Below are positions 18,762 through 30,473 of a DNA stretch of 64,000 bases, piece after piece. The notes under the pieces are model-generated. The model did no database searches. It was not told the DNA's origin and saw only the letters and a list, made by a program, of their open reading frames with translations. The translations under genes and the position numbers were made by a program. The stretch comes from an uncultured Methylomirabilota bacterium. GTDB taxonomy: Bacteria > Methylomirabilota > Methylomirabilia > Methylomirabilales > 2-02-FULL-66-22. How positions within the stretch are numbered: position 1 is the first letter of the stretch; each line of letters begins with the position of its first letter. The DNA lies in NCBI GenBank assembly GCA_963845565.1, contig CAWJSJ010000002.1, positions 1 through 64,000 of the forward strand, given 5' to 3'.

Positions 18762-19656
18762 CTAAATGGGCGGGAAGCCCGGCTTCCGGACAGGCGGCTT
18801 CTGCCCGAAATAGTCCTCGAGCCCCTTGTCGTAGAGATCCCCCTCGGTAGGCGAACATGGCTACGGCAAACGCCGTGTTGACCCAGTGCAGCCAGTCGGG
18901 ATCGCCTTGCCGCACCGCCGCGCTGTAGATCTGCGGCCAGTAGCTGAACCCCGAGTCGAGATACGCTTTCGGATTGCGCTTGACCAGCCAGCGCACCGTG
19001 GAGAGGTCGATCACCGCGGTATCCGATCGGCCCGAGTCCAGCGCCTGGATGGCGTTCGCCTCGGTGTCAAGCTGCATGACCTGCGCCTGGGGCAGGGCGG
19101 CTCGAACCATCTTTTCCGCAAACACGTTCTGTAGGACCGAGGCCCGGGTGGCTTTCCCGGCGTCCACGAGCTGCTTGAAGGTCTTCAACTTCCCCTTGGT
19201 CGAGGTCAGGAGCGCGACACCTTCCAGGTAATAGGGCCTCGAGAACGCCACCAGTTGCGCTCGCTGGGCGGTCACCGTCATAAACTGGATGACGATGTCC
19301 ACCTTCCCCGTGGTGATATTCGGGATGCGCGCCGCCGGCTCCTGCTTGACGAACTCCACCTTGGTGGGATCGTCGAACAATCCCTGCGCCAGGATGCGCG
19401 CCATGGAGATGTCCATCCCGACGAGCTGCCCTTTCTCATCTTCGAAGTGCCAGGGGGCATTCGTGCTCCCGGTTCCGACGATCAGCTTCTTTCGGTCCAG
19501 CACGGTGCGGAGCAGACTGGTGGGTGCAGCCTGGGCGTAAGCCTGGGCCGGCGAGAGGAGGCTCGCCGCACCCGCGCCGAGGCCGGCCAGGACGCCGGCG
19601 GCAGCCCCAAGGCCACCCAGCTTCAGAACATCTCGACGGTTTTGGGATCCACTCAT
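18762..19656 (-). CDS. Polar amino-acid ABC substrate-binding protein with Tat signal (frameshift near 18845)
   Basis: NRRDVLK twin-arginine signal; GMDI, ARIPNITTGKVD, FSRPYY, AVRQGDPDWL; the alternative frame ends RKPGFPPI-stop at 18762. Confidence 0.87.
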
Positions 19657-20080
19657 GGCTTCCCTCCTTGCTGATGGTTTCGGAGACGCGCCAACGTCCG
19701 TCGCTACTCCAGAGGCCGCCTCATCTCACAGCGCCCCGACGCCGGATCGGCGGCACGTAGGATTGCCCGGCGGATCAGGGAAGTCAAGTGGAAACCCCTC
19801 CCCATCCTTCACACCGCCGACAGTCTCGGTCCGGACCCCGCGGTTGTCAGCGGAGGGCGTGATGGCCAGGAGGTGTACCACGATGGCCCACCATGTCGGG
19901 GCAGCGTGGCCGGTGCAGGAAGCCGTGCCGAATTGCTTCTCCACCACCGGAGGGGCCCCCCTCTAACAACATCCCCCTCTGTTCGCGGACCATCCAGACT
20001 ATCCCACCGGTGTGACGCCCCCGATTACTCGTCACACCGGCGCAAGCTGCTCCCGTCGGGCGTGGCCGACGTCCGCCTCA

Positions 20081-20923
20081 TCAGATGCCGTGGCAGAGGA
20101 AGGCGCCGTCCACGGGAAGGGTGACACCGGACACGAAGCCGGCGCCGTCGCTCGCGAGGAAGACGGCGGCCGCGATCAGCTCATCCGGGTCGCCGAACCG
20201 GCCCAGCGGCGTGTGAGCCAGGACGGCCTGGCCGCGGGCGGTGGGCGTGCCGTCCTCGGCCATCAGGAGCCGGCGGTTCTGTTTGCCGAGGAAGAACCCG
20301 GGAGCCAGCGCGTTGACTCGGATCCCGTGGGGCGCCAATTCCCGGGCGTGGGCCACGGTCTGGTTCATCACGGCGGCCTTGGCCGCCGAGTACGCCCACC
20401 CACCGGAGAGGGGGCGGTAGGAACCCATCGACGCGATGTTGATGATCGCGCCGCGGATCCGTTGCTCGATCCAGTACTGGGCCACCTGTTTGGTGGGCAG
20501 AATGCACCCGGCCAGCAGGTTCAACTCCAGGACTGCCGCGAACTCGCGGGCGTCCACCTCGACCAGCGGCCGACGGATGCTGCTGCCGCCCACCCCGTTG
20601 AGCAGGATGTCCACACGGCCGAAACGCGTCACGGACGTCCGCAGCGCCGCCGCGATCTGGCTCTCATCCGCGAGGTCCACGACGACCGTGGCCACCCGTG
20701 CCGGGCCGGCGCCTGCGGCCGCGATCCGGCGGACGGTCTCGTCCAGCGAGGTCTGCCCGCGTCCCCAGAGCACCACGTTCGCGCCGGCCAGGGCAAACCC
20801 CTTGGCCATTGCGCCGCACAGGGTCCCCCCACCTCCGGTCACGACCGCGGTCTTCCCCGCGAGGCCAAATGTCTTACCCAGAAACGAGTCCTGCGCCGGT
20901 TCCGACGACTGATGTTCCGTCAT
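20081..20923 (-). CDS. SDR oxidoreductase (D-mannonate oxidoreductase-like)
   Basis: TGGGGTLC, YSAAKAA, NALAPGFF..QNR, HTPLGRFG, VDGAF. Confidence 0.9.
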   Translation of the reverse strand: MTEHQSSEPAQDSFLGKTFGLAGKTAVVTGGGGTLCGAMAKGFALAGANVVLWGRGQTSLDETVRRIAAAGAGPARVATVVVDLADESQIAAALRTSVTRFGRVDILLNGVGGSSIRRPLVEVDAREFAAVLELNLLAGCILPTKQVAQYWIEQRIRGAIINIASMGSYRPLSGGWAYSAAKAAVMNQTVAHARELAPHGIRVNALAPGFFLGKQNRRLLMAEDGTPTARGQAVLAHTPLGRFGDPDELIAAAVFLASDGAGFVSGVTLPVDGAFLCHGI

Positions 20924-21349
20924 GAGTCTCCTCCTCGCGGTCGAGATGACAAGCTACCTGTGTGTGCCGTGTCTCTTCCTCTCCGCTGTCACCTGGCCGG
21001 TTTGGGCCCCGTGTTATGTTTCGGCCTTGGGACCGGCGCGGGATGAAACGGCACGCGTCGACGCATGCCCCGAAAGAGAACGGCCCCGTGCGGCGCATCC
21101 GGTCGCACAGGGCTGTGATGCACGGATTTCACGCGACACACCGCGGCCTTCCCGGATCTCCCCCCTCTCCGGACGTTGCTGTGGCGGGCGATTTTGGCGG
21201 CACGTTAGGAGCCGTAACGAAATCGCTGGTCCATTGTTTGTGATTTCGCCACGATCCCTCATGCCGTTTCCGGCATTTCTCCGATCAAGTCATCTTTGAC
21301 ACCGGCGTACCGCCTACCCACCGTTGGCGTCACGCGGTCATTCGCACCG

Positions 21350-22942
21350 TCAGAATTCCCATAATAAGTCTTCGCCCGCACCGGGGCGTGGCGGCCAGGC
21401 GGGATCGGTCGGTCGGCACGCGACGGGGGGCTCTGTCGTGGGCAGGCGGTCGTAGCGCTCCGTCAGGACGGCCAGGCCTTCCAGCCGCGCCGCCACCGGC
21501 TGGTCTTGCGTGAGGCGCCAGTCCCAGTTGCCGTCCGCGACCCCAGGCCGATTCATGCGAGCGGACGTGTCGAGCAGCAACAGATCCTGCACGGGGGCGA
21601 TGGCGGTGTTGGCCACCGCGCCCCAGGCCATCCGGATCAGGTCCCACGCGATGTCGTGTCCGTCCGTGTTGGTGTACACCCGCACCTGACCCTGCTCCGT
21701 CGGCGTCAGGCTGCGGTACCAACCGACGGTGGTGTCGTTGTCGTGGGTCCCGGTGTACACCACGCTGTTTCGGCGCTGGTTGTGGGGCAGGAAGGGATTC
21801 CTCGGATCGCCGTCGAAGGCGAACTGCAGGACGGACATCCCCGGCAGATCGAACCGATTTCGGAGCGCGTGGACCGCCGGCGTGATCATCCCCAGGTCCT
21901 CGGCGATCAGGGGCAGCCCGCCCAGGGCCGTTCGCAGCCGTGTCAGGAGATCGGCACCCGGCCCCGGCTTCCAGCTTCCGATCTCGGCGGTGCGGGAGTC
22001 CACTGGAACGTGCCAGGCCGCTTGCAGCCCACGAAAATGGTCCAGCCGCGCGAGATCCACCAGCTCCATGGTGCGACGCATCCGCCGGACCCACCAGGCG
22101 TATCCGTCCCGCCGCGCGGCCTCCCAGTCGTACAGCGGATTGCCCCAGAGCTGTCCCGTCGGGCTGAAGTAATCGGGCGGGACGCCGGCCACGGCGCGCG
22201 GCCGACGGTCGGCATCGAGCAGGAACTGGTTCGGGCTCGCCCAGACATCGTGCGAATCCCACGCCACGAAGATGGGCAGATCGCCGATGATCCCCACACC
22301 ACGCTCGCGCGCGTGACGCCGCAGCGCCTGCCACTGCCGGTCCGCGAGGAATTGGCCGAACACGCATCGCTCGATCGCCTCGGCGAGATCCCGGCGGGCG
22401 GCAGCCACGGTCCGCGGTTCCCGCCGGACGAGATCCGCCGGCCACTCCGACCACGCCCCTCCCGCGTGCCGGTCGCGGAGGGCTGCGTAGAGCGCGTAAT
22501 CTTCGATCCAGTCGGCCTGCGCCCGTCGAAACGCGTCGAGCGGCTCGCGGAGGTCGGGGGCGGCGCCGGCCTGAAACCGCTCCCAGGCCAGCCGAAGCAG
22601 CGCGTCCTTGAACGTGCCGACCTTCTCAAACTCCACCTGGCGGGGGTTGAAGGTCGCCCCGGCCACATCCGACGGCCGGAGAAGCTCGTCCGTGATCAGG
22701 GCATCGGGACTCAGCAGCAGGGTGTTGATGGCCAGGGACGACGACGCGGAGTACGGCGAGCCGCCGAAACCCACGGGACCGAGCGGCAGGATCTGCCACC
22801 AGCGCTGACCTGAGCGCGCCAAGAGGTCGATCCACGCATGCGCGGCGGGCCCCACGTCGCCGATGCCGTAGGCCGAGGGCAGCGAGGTGACATGGAGCAG
22901 GACGCCCGCGCTGCGGACGGTCAGAGGTGACGAGTCGGTCAT
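21350..22942 (-). CDS. malQ: 4-alpha-glucanotransferase (amylomaltase, GH77)
   Basis: GVLLHVTSLP, WQILPLGP, GDLPIFV, GVPPDYFSPTGQLWGNP, RLDHFRG, IAEDLG, YTGTHDNDT, RMNRPG. Confidence 0.96.
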   Translation of the reverse strand: MTDSSPLTVRSAGVLLHVTSLPSAYGIGDVGPAAHAWIDLLARSGQRWWQILPLGPVGFGGSPYSASSSLAINTLLLSPDALITDELLRPSDVAGATFNPRQVEFEKVGTFKDALLRLAWERFQAGAAPDLREPLDAFRRAQADWIEDYALYAALRDRHAGGAWSEWPADLVRREPRTVAAARRDLAEAIERCVFGQFLADRQWQALRRHARERGVGIIGDLPIFVAWDSHDVWASPNQFLLDADRRPRAVAGVPPDYFSPTGQLWGNPLYDWEAARRDGYAWWVRRMRRTMELVDLARLDHFRGLQAAWHVPVDSRTAEIGSWKPGPGADLLTRLRTALGGLPLIAEDLGMITPAVHALRNRFDLPGMSVLQFAFDGDPRNPFLPHNQRRNSVVYTGTHDNDTTVGWYRSLTPTEQGQVRVYTNTDGHDIAWDLIRMAWGAVANTAIAPVQDLLLLDTSARMNRPGVADGNWDWRLTQDQPVAARLEGLAVLTERYDRLPTTEPPVACRPTDPAWPPRPGAGEDLLWEF

Positions 22943-23113
22943 GGCGTGTTCCCCAGGCGCGAGTGCATTCCGCGCGGACGGCGGTCCGGCCGGTGGGAAT
23001 ACCATATCACATCCGCCGCCCGGTGCCACCGGAAGTCGCGCGGATCGGTCAGCGTATGGCGGGACGAGCCGAAGGATGCTAGACTGCCGGCTGGGAGAGG
23101 GAAGGAGGCTGTG

Positions 23114-23884
23114 ATGGGCGCACGGGATCTCTTCGATCTGTCTGGGAAAGTGGCGCTGGTGGCGGGCGGCTCTCGGGGGATCGGGCTTGCCGTCGCGGCG
23201 GGCCTGGCGTCGGCCGGGGCGAAAGTCGTGGTCGCGAACAGCACGCCCGACCAGGGAGAGCGCGCGGCCGCTCAGATCCGGGCCCAGGGGCACGACGCGC
23301 TGGCCATCCCGTTCGATATCCGACAGCGCGCGTCCATCGATGCGCTGGTGGTCGCGACACTCAAGGCGTGCGGTCGGATCGACATCCTGGTGAATGCCAT
23401 CGGGGTCATCCGCCGCGGCCCCATCGAGGCGGTCACCGAGGACGACTGGGACACCATGATGGGGGTGAATCTCCGCGGCGCGTTCCTGCTCTGCCAGGCC
23501 GTCGGCCGCGAGATGATCACGAAACGACACGGCAAGATCGTCAACATCTCGTCCAACGTGTCGCAGGTGCTTCAGCCGCACCGCGGCGCCTATGCGGTCA
23601 CCAAGGCCGGCATGTCCCACCTCACCCGCGTTCTCGGGCTGGAGTGGGCGCCCCACGGGATCAACGTCAACGCCATCGCGCCGGCGCCGACCATCACCGA
23701 TCTCAACCGCAAGTTCTTCGAGGACAATCCCAAGGACCTGGAGGCGCGGAAGCAATCCATCCCGCTGGGCCGACTTGGCACGCCCGCCGACTACGTGGGG
23801 GCGGCCATCTTCCTGGCATCCCAGGCCTCGGACTTCGTCACGGGGCAGACCTACTTCGTGGATGGAGGCTCGAACCTGATATAG
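23114..23884 (+). CDS. SDR oxidoreductase
   Basis: GGSRGIG, YAVTK, NAIAP, IPLGRLG, VDGG. Confidence 0.92.
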   Translation: MGARDLFDLSGKVALVAGGSRGIGLAVAAGLASAGAKVVVANSTPDQGERAAAQIRAQGHDALAIPFDIRQRASIDALVVATLKACGRIDILVNAIGVIRRGPIEAVTEDDWDTMMGVNLRGAFLLCQAVGREMITKRHGKIVNISSNVSQVLQPHRGAYAVTKAGMSHLTRVLGLEWAPHGINVNAIAPAPTITDLNRKFFEDNPKDLEARKQSIPLGRLGTPADYVGAAIFLASQASDFVTGQTYFVDGGSNLI

Positions 23885-23945
23885 CCGGCCGCTGAACACA
23901 CTTCATCGGTAGGCGCTGAATTCCACCAGCGAGAGGAGGCATTCC

Positions 23946-24473
23946 ATGGCAGATCTCCGGTATCCGATCGGCAAGTTCAGCGAAGATCCCGATGTCACGC
24001 CGGAGAAGCGACGGACCTTTATGACGGCGATCGAACAGGCCCCCGCGGCATTCCGGCGCGCCGTGGCCGGTCTGACCCCGGCGCAGCTCGACACCCCCTA
24101 CCGCGAGGGAGGCTGGACCGTGCGCCAGGTGGTCCACCACATGGCCGACAGCCATCTCCAGTCGCTGGTCCGGTTCCGCGTCGCCCTCACCGAGGACAAT
24201 CCCGCGATCAGCGGCTACGATCCGGCCAAGTGGGCCGAACTCCCCGACGCCAAGATTGGTCCCGTGGAGGTGTCGCTGGCCCTCTTCGAGGCCGTCCACA
24301 CCCGGTGGCTTCTGCTGCTGCGCGCGATGAACGCCGCGGACTTCGGCAGGACGTTTCGCCGGCCCGACGGACAGGTGATCACGCTCGACCGGTTGCTCCA
24401 GACGTACGCGTGGCACGGCAAGCACCATGCCGCACACATCACCGACCTTCGCGAGCGGCTGGGATGGAAGTAG
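23946..24473 (+). CDS. yfiT: YfiT/DinB family bacillithiol transferase-like protein
   Basis: DLRYPIG, LDTPYREGGWTVRQVVHHMADSH, YAWHGKHH. Confidence 0.9.
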   Translation: MADLRYPIGKFSEDPDVTPEKRRTFMTAIEQAPAAFRRAVAGLTPAQLDTPYREGGWTVRQVVHHMADSHLQSLVRFRVALTEDNPAISGYDPAKWAELPDAKIGPVEVSLALFEAVHTRWLLLLRAMNAADFGRTFRRPDGQVITLDRLLQTYAWHGKHHAAHITDLRERLGWK

Positions 24474-24525
24474 GGTTCCGACAGAGAGCGTCAGGGGTGA
24501 GGCGTTCCTTTTAGAGGAGAGTGGT

Positions 24526-25704
24526 ATGGCCCACATTTCGCCGGCGGTGCAAGCGGCCACCCAAGACATGATCGCGTTACGGCGCGATCTGCACAGGCAT
24601 CCAGAGCTGGGCTTCCAGGAAACCCGCACGGCCGGCCTTGTCGCCGAGCGGCTCACGGCCCTGGGCTACACCGTTCGCACCGGCCTGGGCAAGACCGGCG
24701 TGACCGGCTTCCTCCGGGGCGGCCGACCCGGGAAGACCGTCCTGCTTCGCGCGGACATCGACGCCCTGCCGATCCTGGAGCAGGCAGACGTGGCCTGGAC
24801 GTCCGAAAATCCGGGCGTCATGCACGCCTGCGGTCACGACGCCCACACCGCCATGGGTCTCGCCGCAGCGGAGATCCTTGCCAAGGAAGCGCCATCGCTC
24901 GCGGGCAATCTGTGTGTGGTGTTCCAGCCGGCCGAGGAACTCCTGATCGGAGCCGAGGCGATGCTGCGCGACGGCGCGCTAGAGGGAGTGGCGCCGGACG
25001 CTGCCTTCGCCGTCCACGTCATGAATCGCTGGCCGGTCGGCACGGTGGCGATCTGCGACGGTGCCGCCATGACCTCCGCCGACAAGCTGCTCCTCACCGT
25101 GACGGGGCGGGGGGGCCATGGGGCTAACCCCCATAACGCCGTTGATCCGATTGTCGCCGCCGCCCAGATCGTCACGGCGATCCAGACGCTGGTGAGCCGC
25201 GAGACGCATCCCCTCCAGGCGGCCGTCCTCAGCATCACGATGCTCAAGGCGGGCACCGCCTTCAACATCATCCCTGACATTGTGGAGATGACGGGGACGC
25301 TGCGGTGTTTCGATGCCGGGTTGCGCGAGCAATTGCTGGCGGCGCTCCGGCGCACGGTCGAGGGCGTGGCCGCAGCCTTGCGCTGCACGGCAACCGTCCG
25401 GAACGAGTTCCTCACGCCGGCGGTTATCAATGCCCCGCCCATGACCGCCATTGCGCGGTCGGTCGCCGCCGACATCGTGGGGCCCGATCGCGTCATCGTC
25501 CCCGACCCCCTCACGGGCTCCGACGATGTCGCCTACTTCTGGCAGAAGGCACCGGGCTGTTACGCGTTCATCGGCTCCGCCAAGCCCGAGTGGTCGTCGG
25601 CCCCGGCCGGCCACAACGCCAAGTTCGACATTGACGAATCCGCCATGGCAATCGGCGCAGAGTTCCTGGTCCGGGCGGCGCGGCGGGTCTGGCAGACCGC
25701 CTGA
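24526..25704 (+). CDS. M20 family amidohydrolase
   Basis: HRHPELGFQE, RADIDALP, MHACGHDAH, FQPAEE, GRGGHG, GTAFNIIP. Confidence 0.93.
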   Translation: MAHISPAVQAATQDMIALRRDLHRHPELGFQETRTAGLVAERLTALGYTVRTGLGKTGVTGFLRGGRPGKTVLLRADIDALPILEQADVAWTSENPGVMHACGHDAHTAMGLAAAEILAKEAPSLAGNLCVVFQPAEELLIGAEAMLRDGALEGVAPDAAFAVHVMNRWPVGTVAICDGAAMTSADKLLLTVTGRGGHGANPHNAVDPIVAAAQIVTAIQTLVSRETHPLQAAVLSITMLKAGTAFNIIPDIVEMTGTLRCFDAGLREQLLAALRRTVEGVAAALRCTATVRNEFLTPAVINAPPMTAIARSVAADIVGPDRVIVPDPLTGSDDVAYFWQKAPGCYAFIGSAKPEWSSAPAGHNAKFDIDESAMAIGAEFLVRAARRVWQTA

Positions 25705-25901
25705 GCGCGCCCGCAGGCAACGTGCCCGCGCGGACGCGGACGGGGTCGTCATCATCCCCCCGGAGCAGGTGGTGGTGGCGGAGTGAGCCGAGCGAATCGT
25801 CCGGCGGGACGGGGGCTTCATTCACCGGATCGGGGACTGGCGCCAAAAGACGAGCGTATCCTTTTGCTGCAGTCGGAGAACCTGACAGGAGGAGGGAAGT
25901 C

Positions 25902-27544
25902 ATGCCCACGTTGAAACCACGTGCCGTCGTCGCCTGTGTCCTGATGCTGTTCGCCCTCTGGATGACAACCGATGGCCGGAACGGCTTTGCCGCGCAGGCG
26001 CCGGCGCCGGCCGCCGACCACCTCAAACCGGTGTACGGGGGAACGCTGACCATCGCGATGCCCTATGGGACCCAGGTGGACACGAATGCCGTGCTGCAGA
26101 CGAACCTTTATGAGGTCGGCCTCTACTTCCACGACGGCCTCTTCGACTGGGGCGCCGACGGGAAGGTGAAGCCGCTGCTGGTCAAGGATAAATTGGTTTC
26201 GGCCGACGGCCTCACCGTCACCTGGAAGTTGCAGCCCAATGTGAAGTTCCACGACGGGACCGCGTTCAACGCCGCCGCCGTCAAGTGGAACCTGGAGCGG
26301 AAGATCGAGAAGAAGCAGTCCCCCTACGATCTTTTGCCCTTCAAGACCGTGGAGGTGGTGGACGACCTCACTGCCCGAGTGAAACTGGAGCGACCCTACC
26401 CGGCCCTGGACGCGGTTCTGGCCAATCGGAGCTTCAGTATGTACAGTCCCACTTTCGCCCAGAAGGTGGGTGACGATGGCCTCAAGACTCAGCAGTCGGG
26501 CGCCGGCCCCTTCATCCTGACCTCCTTCGTGCCCAACGAGGGGATCCGATTGAAGAAAAATCCCAACTACTGGCAGAAGGGGCTGCCCTACCTGGACGAG
26601 GTCTACATCCGGATCGTCAACGACCCGAACACCCGGGCCACCATGTTGGCGGCGGGGGACGCGGACGTGGCGCTCCTTCTCTCCAGCCCGGACATCCAGC
26701 GCTTCAAGCGGGCCCAGGGGATTCGGGTCCTGGAAGGGCCGGGGTCCCAGCAGTACTACATCGTCATGAACAGCCGGCGGCCGGGTCTGAGCGACAAGCG
26801 GGTGCGCCAGGCCTTCAACTACGCCGTGGACAAGGAAGGCATCGTCCAGAATGTCTACCTAGGCGGTGCCCGGGCGGCTCAGGCCATGTACGCCACACCC
26901 GTGCTGGAAGGCTTCACGCCGGCCGGCGTCTACCCGTACGACCCGGAGAAGGCCAAGAAGCTCCTGGACGAGGCCGGCTGGAAGATGGGCCCCGGCGGGG
27001 TCCGGGAGAAGGACGGCAAGAAGCTCACGGTGGACATGTGGACCACGCAAGGGGAGCACCCCGGCGACTACGAAATCTCCGAGCTAGTCCAGGGTATGCT
27101 GAAGGCCGTGGGCGTGGACTGCAAGCTCACCCTGCTGGAGCCCGCGACCTTCAACCCGCGGGTCAGCGTGACCCCGGAGAAGTCGGAATACGACATGGTC
27201 TCCATACGGGTTCAACGCCCCCACCGGGCAACGTGGACTACGTGCTGCAACATGCTGTACAGCAGCAAGGCGTTCCCGCCCAGGTACTACAACCGGGCCT
27301 ACTACTGGCGATCCCGGAAGTCGACCAGATGATCGAGAAAGCCAACAACACCACGGACAAGCGCCGAGCGTCCAGACCAGCTCAACGCACAGATCTTGAA
27401 GACGGATCCACGAGGAGGCTCCCGATCATCCAGCTGGTCGACCTGTACCCAGGCGGATGGCCATCAAGCGACAACGTCCAGGGCATCTACCTGAACGGTC
27501 CGGCCAACAACTTCCCATCCCAGTTCGCGTGGAAGTCGAAGTAA
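25902..27544 (+). CDS. Peptide/nickel-type ABC substrate-binding protein (family 5), frameshifted near the 3' end
   Basis: Signal peptide; VKFHDGTAFNAAAVK, GAGPF, NPNYW, PYLD, VRQAFNYAVD, YDPEKAKKLL. Confidence 0.9.
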
Positions 27545-27553
27545 CAACTCCAA

Positions 27554-27585
27554 CTGGGCCGCCCCGCTCGAGCGGGGCGGCCCAG
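27554..27585. other. Perfect 32-bp palindrome after the binding-protein gene (RNA hairpin)
   Basis: CTGGGCCGCCCCGCTC/GAGCGGGGCGGCCCAG; no U-tract. Confidence 0.7.
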
Positions 27586-27604
27586 GCACGCAGCGCAGGA
27601 GCTT

Positions 27605-28530
27605 ATGGCCCGCTACGCAGCCAGGCGAATTCTGTTCAGTATTCCCATATTGCGGCTCGTCGTCACCCTGGTGTTCTTTGCGTTCCAGCTGATCCCCGGC
27701 GATCCGGCGCGGATGTATCTGGGGACCGATGCCTCCCAGGAGGCGGTCGAGCAGACGCGCAAGGACCTCGGCCTGGACAAGCCGGTCCTGACCCAGTACG
27801 TCAACTACATGAGCCGTCTGGCGCAGGGCGATCTCGGCAAGTCCATCTACACGCGGCGGCCGGTGATCCAGGAGACTGGCGCCGCGCTTCTGTCAACACG
27901 GCGACTCCTTTCGGTTTCGGCGATCGTCTTCGCGACGGATCCTGGGCGTGCTGCTCGGGACGTTCGCGGCCATCAAGCACGGCACCAGGTGGGATCACCT
28001 GCTCACCGTGGTCGCCCTTCTCGGCATCTCCATGCCTGTCTTCTGGCTCGGCCTGTTGCTGACCTATCGTCTTCAGCGTGCAGCTCCAGCTTCTGCCCAG
28101 CGCGGGCAACGAGAGCTGGCGCCACTACCTGATGCCGACCTTCTGCCTGGCCACCTTTTCGCTGGCCTTCATCACCCGCATGACACGGTCGTCCCTGATG
28201 GAGGTGATGGGGCTGGACTACGTGCGCACCGCGCGAGCAAAGGGGGTGCGCGAGTCCATGGTGGTGGGCTGGCACGCCCTGCGGAACGCCATGCTGCCGG
28301 TGGTGACCGTGGTGGGGCTCCGGTTTGGCTACATGCTGGGAGGCGCGGTGGTGACCGAGGAGGTCTTCGCCTGGCCGGGGCTCGGGAAGATGCTGGTCAC
28401 GGCCGTTGCGCAGCGGGATATTCCCCTGGTCCAGGGGGCCCTGCTGCTCTTCGGGGCCAGCTTTGTATTGGTAAATCTTGCGGTCGATCTGCTCTACGGG
28501 CTGCTCGACCCGCGCATCCGGCATCGATGA
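27605..28530 (+). CDS. Peptide ABC permease (DppB-like), frameshifted
   Basis: IPGDPA, LGLDKP, GDLGKS, SMPVFWLG, DYVRTARAKG, HALRNA, EEVFAWPGLG, LDPRIR. Confidence 0.88.
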
Positions 28531-29488
28531 ATGGAGCCGAGCGCTGGCACTGAGTGAGAGTGGTTCCGGGTACTGCTTCCGAATACCCTCTCGGCCTCTC
28601 GCCCCGACGGTGACTAAAGCTAAAGCTGGAGCACGGGTGAGCGCGTTCTTACATGGAGGGCAGTCTGGGCCTTCGCGAGGGACTATCGCCTCGCCGCGGT
28701 AGGTGGCGTCGTCGTAGTCTTCTTCCTGGCACTGGCGGTCCTCGCCCCGAGCATCGTGCCCTACGACCCCGACAAGGTGAGCCTGCGGGAGAGCCTGGAG
28801 GCGCCTTCCGCGAGGCACCTTTTCGGGACGGACAATCAGGGTCGCGACATCCTGAGCCGCGTGATCTTCGGGGCGCGGATGTCGCTTGTACATCTCTGTC
28901 TCCTCGATCGGCACTCGGGGCGATCTTCGGCGTAGTCCTGGGGATGCTCGCTGCCTTCTACCGGCGGGCGGATGCGCCCATCATGCGCTTCATGGACATC
29001 ATCCTCGCCTTCCCCGGGTATCATCGTGGCGCTGACCGCGATCGCCATCATGGGCCGCAGCGTGGAGAACATGATCATCGCCATCGGCGTGTATCACATT
29101 CCACAGTTCGCGAGACTCGCCCACGGCCTCACCCTGTCGGTCAAGGAGAAGCTGTTTGTCGAGGGCGCGACGGCGATCGGAGAGTCAGACGGCGCCATCC
29201 TCAGCAGGCTACATCCTCCCCAACTGTCTCGCACCGATCCTGGTGCAGACCAGCCTGCTGATACCCGGGGCCATCATGATCGCCTCCAGCCTCAGCTTCC
29301 TGGGGCTGGGCGTACCGCCCCCGACGGCCGAGTGGGGCTCCATGCTTCAGAACAGCCTCCAGTGGTCCCAGATGGCGCCGCACGTGATGGTCACGCCGGG
29401 CCTGGCGCTGATGCTCGTGGTCTTCGGCTTCAACGTGCTCGGCGACGGTCTGCGCGATGCCATGGACCCCAGACTGAAGAAGAGGTAG
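28527..29488 (+). CDS. Peptide ABC permease (DppC-like), frameshifted, start uncertain
   Basis: [54 protein letters not shown]. Confidence 0.85.
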
Positions 29489-29490
29489 GG

Positions 29491-30473
29491 ATGGAGACGG
29501 TACTGGAAGTAAGGAACCTCCGGACCCACTTCTTCAGCCGGGCGGGGGTGGTAAGGGCGGTGGACGACGTCAGCTTCAGCCTGGGGCGCGGGGAGATACT
29601 CGGCCTCGTGGGCGAGAGCGGCTGCGGCAAGTCGGTCACCTCGCTATCGATCATGCGACTGGTGGACCAGCCTGGCCGGATCGTCTCGGGCGAGATCCTC
29701 TTCGAGGGCCGCGACCTGCTCAAGCTCCCCAAGGAGGAGATGCGCCAGATCCGCGGCAGCCGCCTGGCGATGATCTTCCAGGAGCCGACCTCCTCCATGA
29801 ACCCGGTCTTCACCATCGGGAGCCAGATAACCGAGGCTATCCTGGTCCACGAAAAGGTCAGCCACCAGCAGGCGAGGGACCGGGTGATAGAGCTGATGCG
29901 CCTGGTGGGCATACCCGGATCCCGAGCGCCGGTTCGGCCAGTTCCCCCACCAGTTCAGCGGAGGCATGCTCCAGCGGATGATGGTGGCCATGGCGTCTGG
30001 CCTGCAACCCGAGCCTGCTGATCGCCGACGAGCCCGTGACGGCCCTCGACGTGACCATCCAGGCCCAGATCCTGGACCTGATCAAGGAATCTGCGGGACA
30101 AGACGGGCGCCTCGGTGCTGCTGATCACCCACGATATGGGAGTGGTGGCGGAGACCTGCGACCGGGTGGCGGTGATGTACCTGGGCAAGATCGTGGAAGA
30201 TGCGCCCCCTGGACGTGCTCTTCGAGGGCCCCAAGCACCCGTACACCGTGGGGCTCTTCGAATCCATACCCAGACTGGAGCAGCCGGTGGAGTGGCTGCA
30301 AGCCGATTCCCGGCGCCGTGCCGAGCCCTCTCAATCTGCCGGCGGGGTGTCGCTTCCGGAATCGCTGCCCGCACGCCATGGCGATCTGCGCCGAGGTTGA
30401 GCCCGAGCTGTCGAAAGGTCGGCAACGCACATCGCGCGGCCTGTCATCTCTACCCGGAGGAGGCCCGGCGTGA
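29491..30473 (+). CDS. Peptide ABC ATP-binding protein (DppD-like), frameshifted
   Basis: [43 protein letters not shown]. Confidence 0.9.

Noticed and set aside
18064..19656. Apparent 530-aa fusion of binding protein and permease
   Set aside because: A frameshift near 18845 explains it; the other frame gives a normal binding-protein end with a stop at 18762, and the permease has its own ATG at 18726.
19914..19930. Sigma54-like site CGGCACGGCTTCCTGCA upstream of the amino-acid ABC operon
   Set aside because: GG-to-GC spacing is 11 rather than the required 10.
21350..23899. 849-aa MalQ with a long N-terminal extension
   Set aside because: The extension is the antisense shadow of the SDR at 23114-23884; MalQ motifs start just after 22942.
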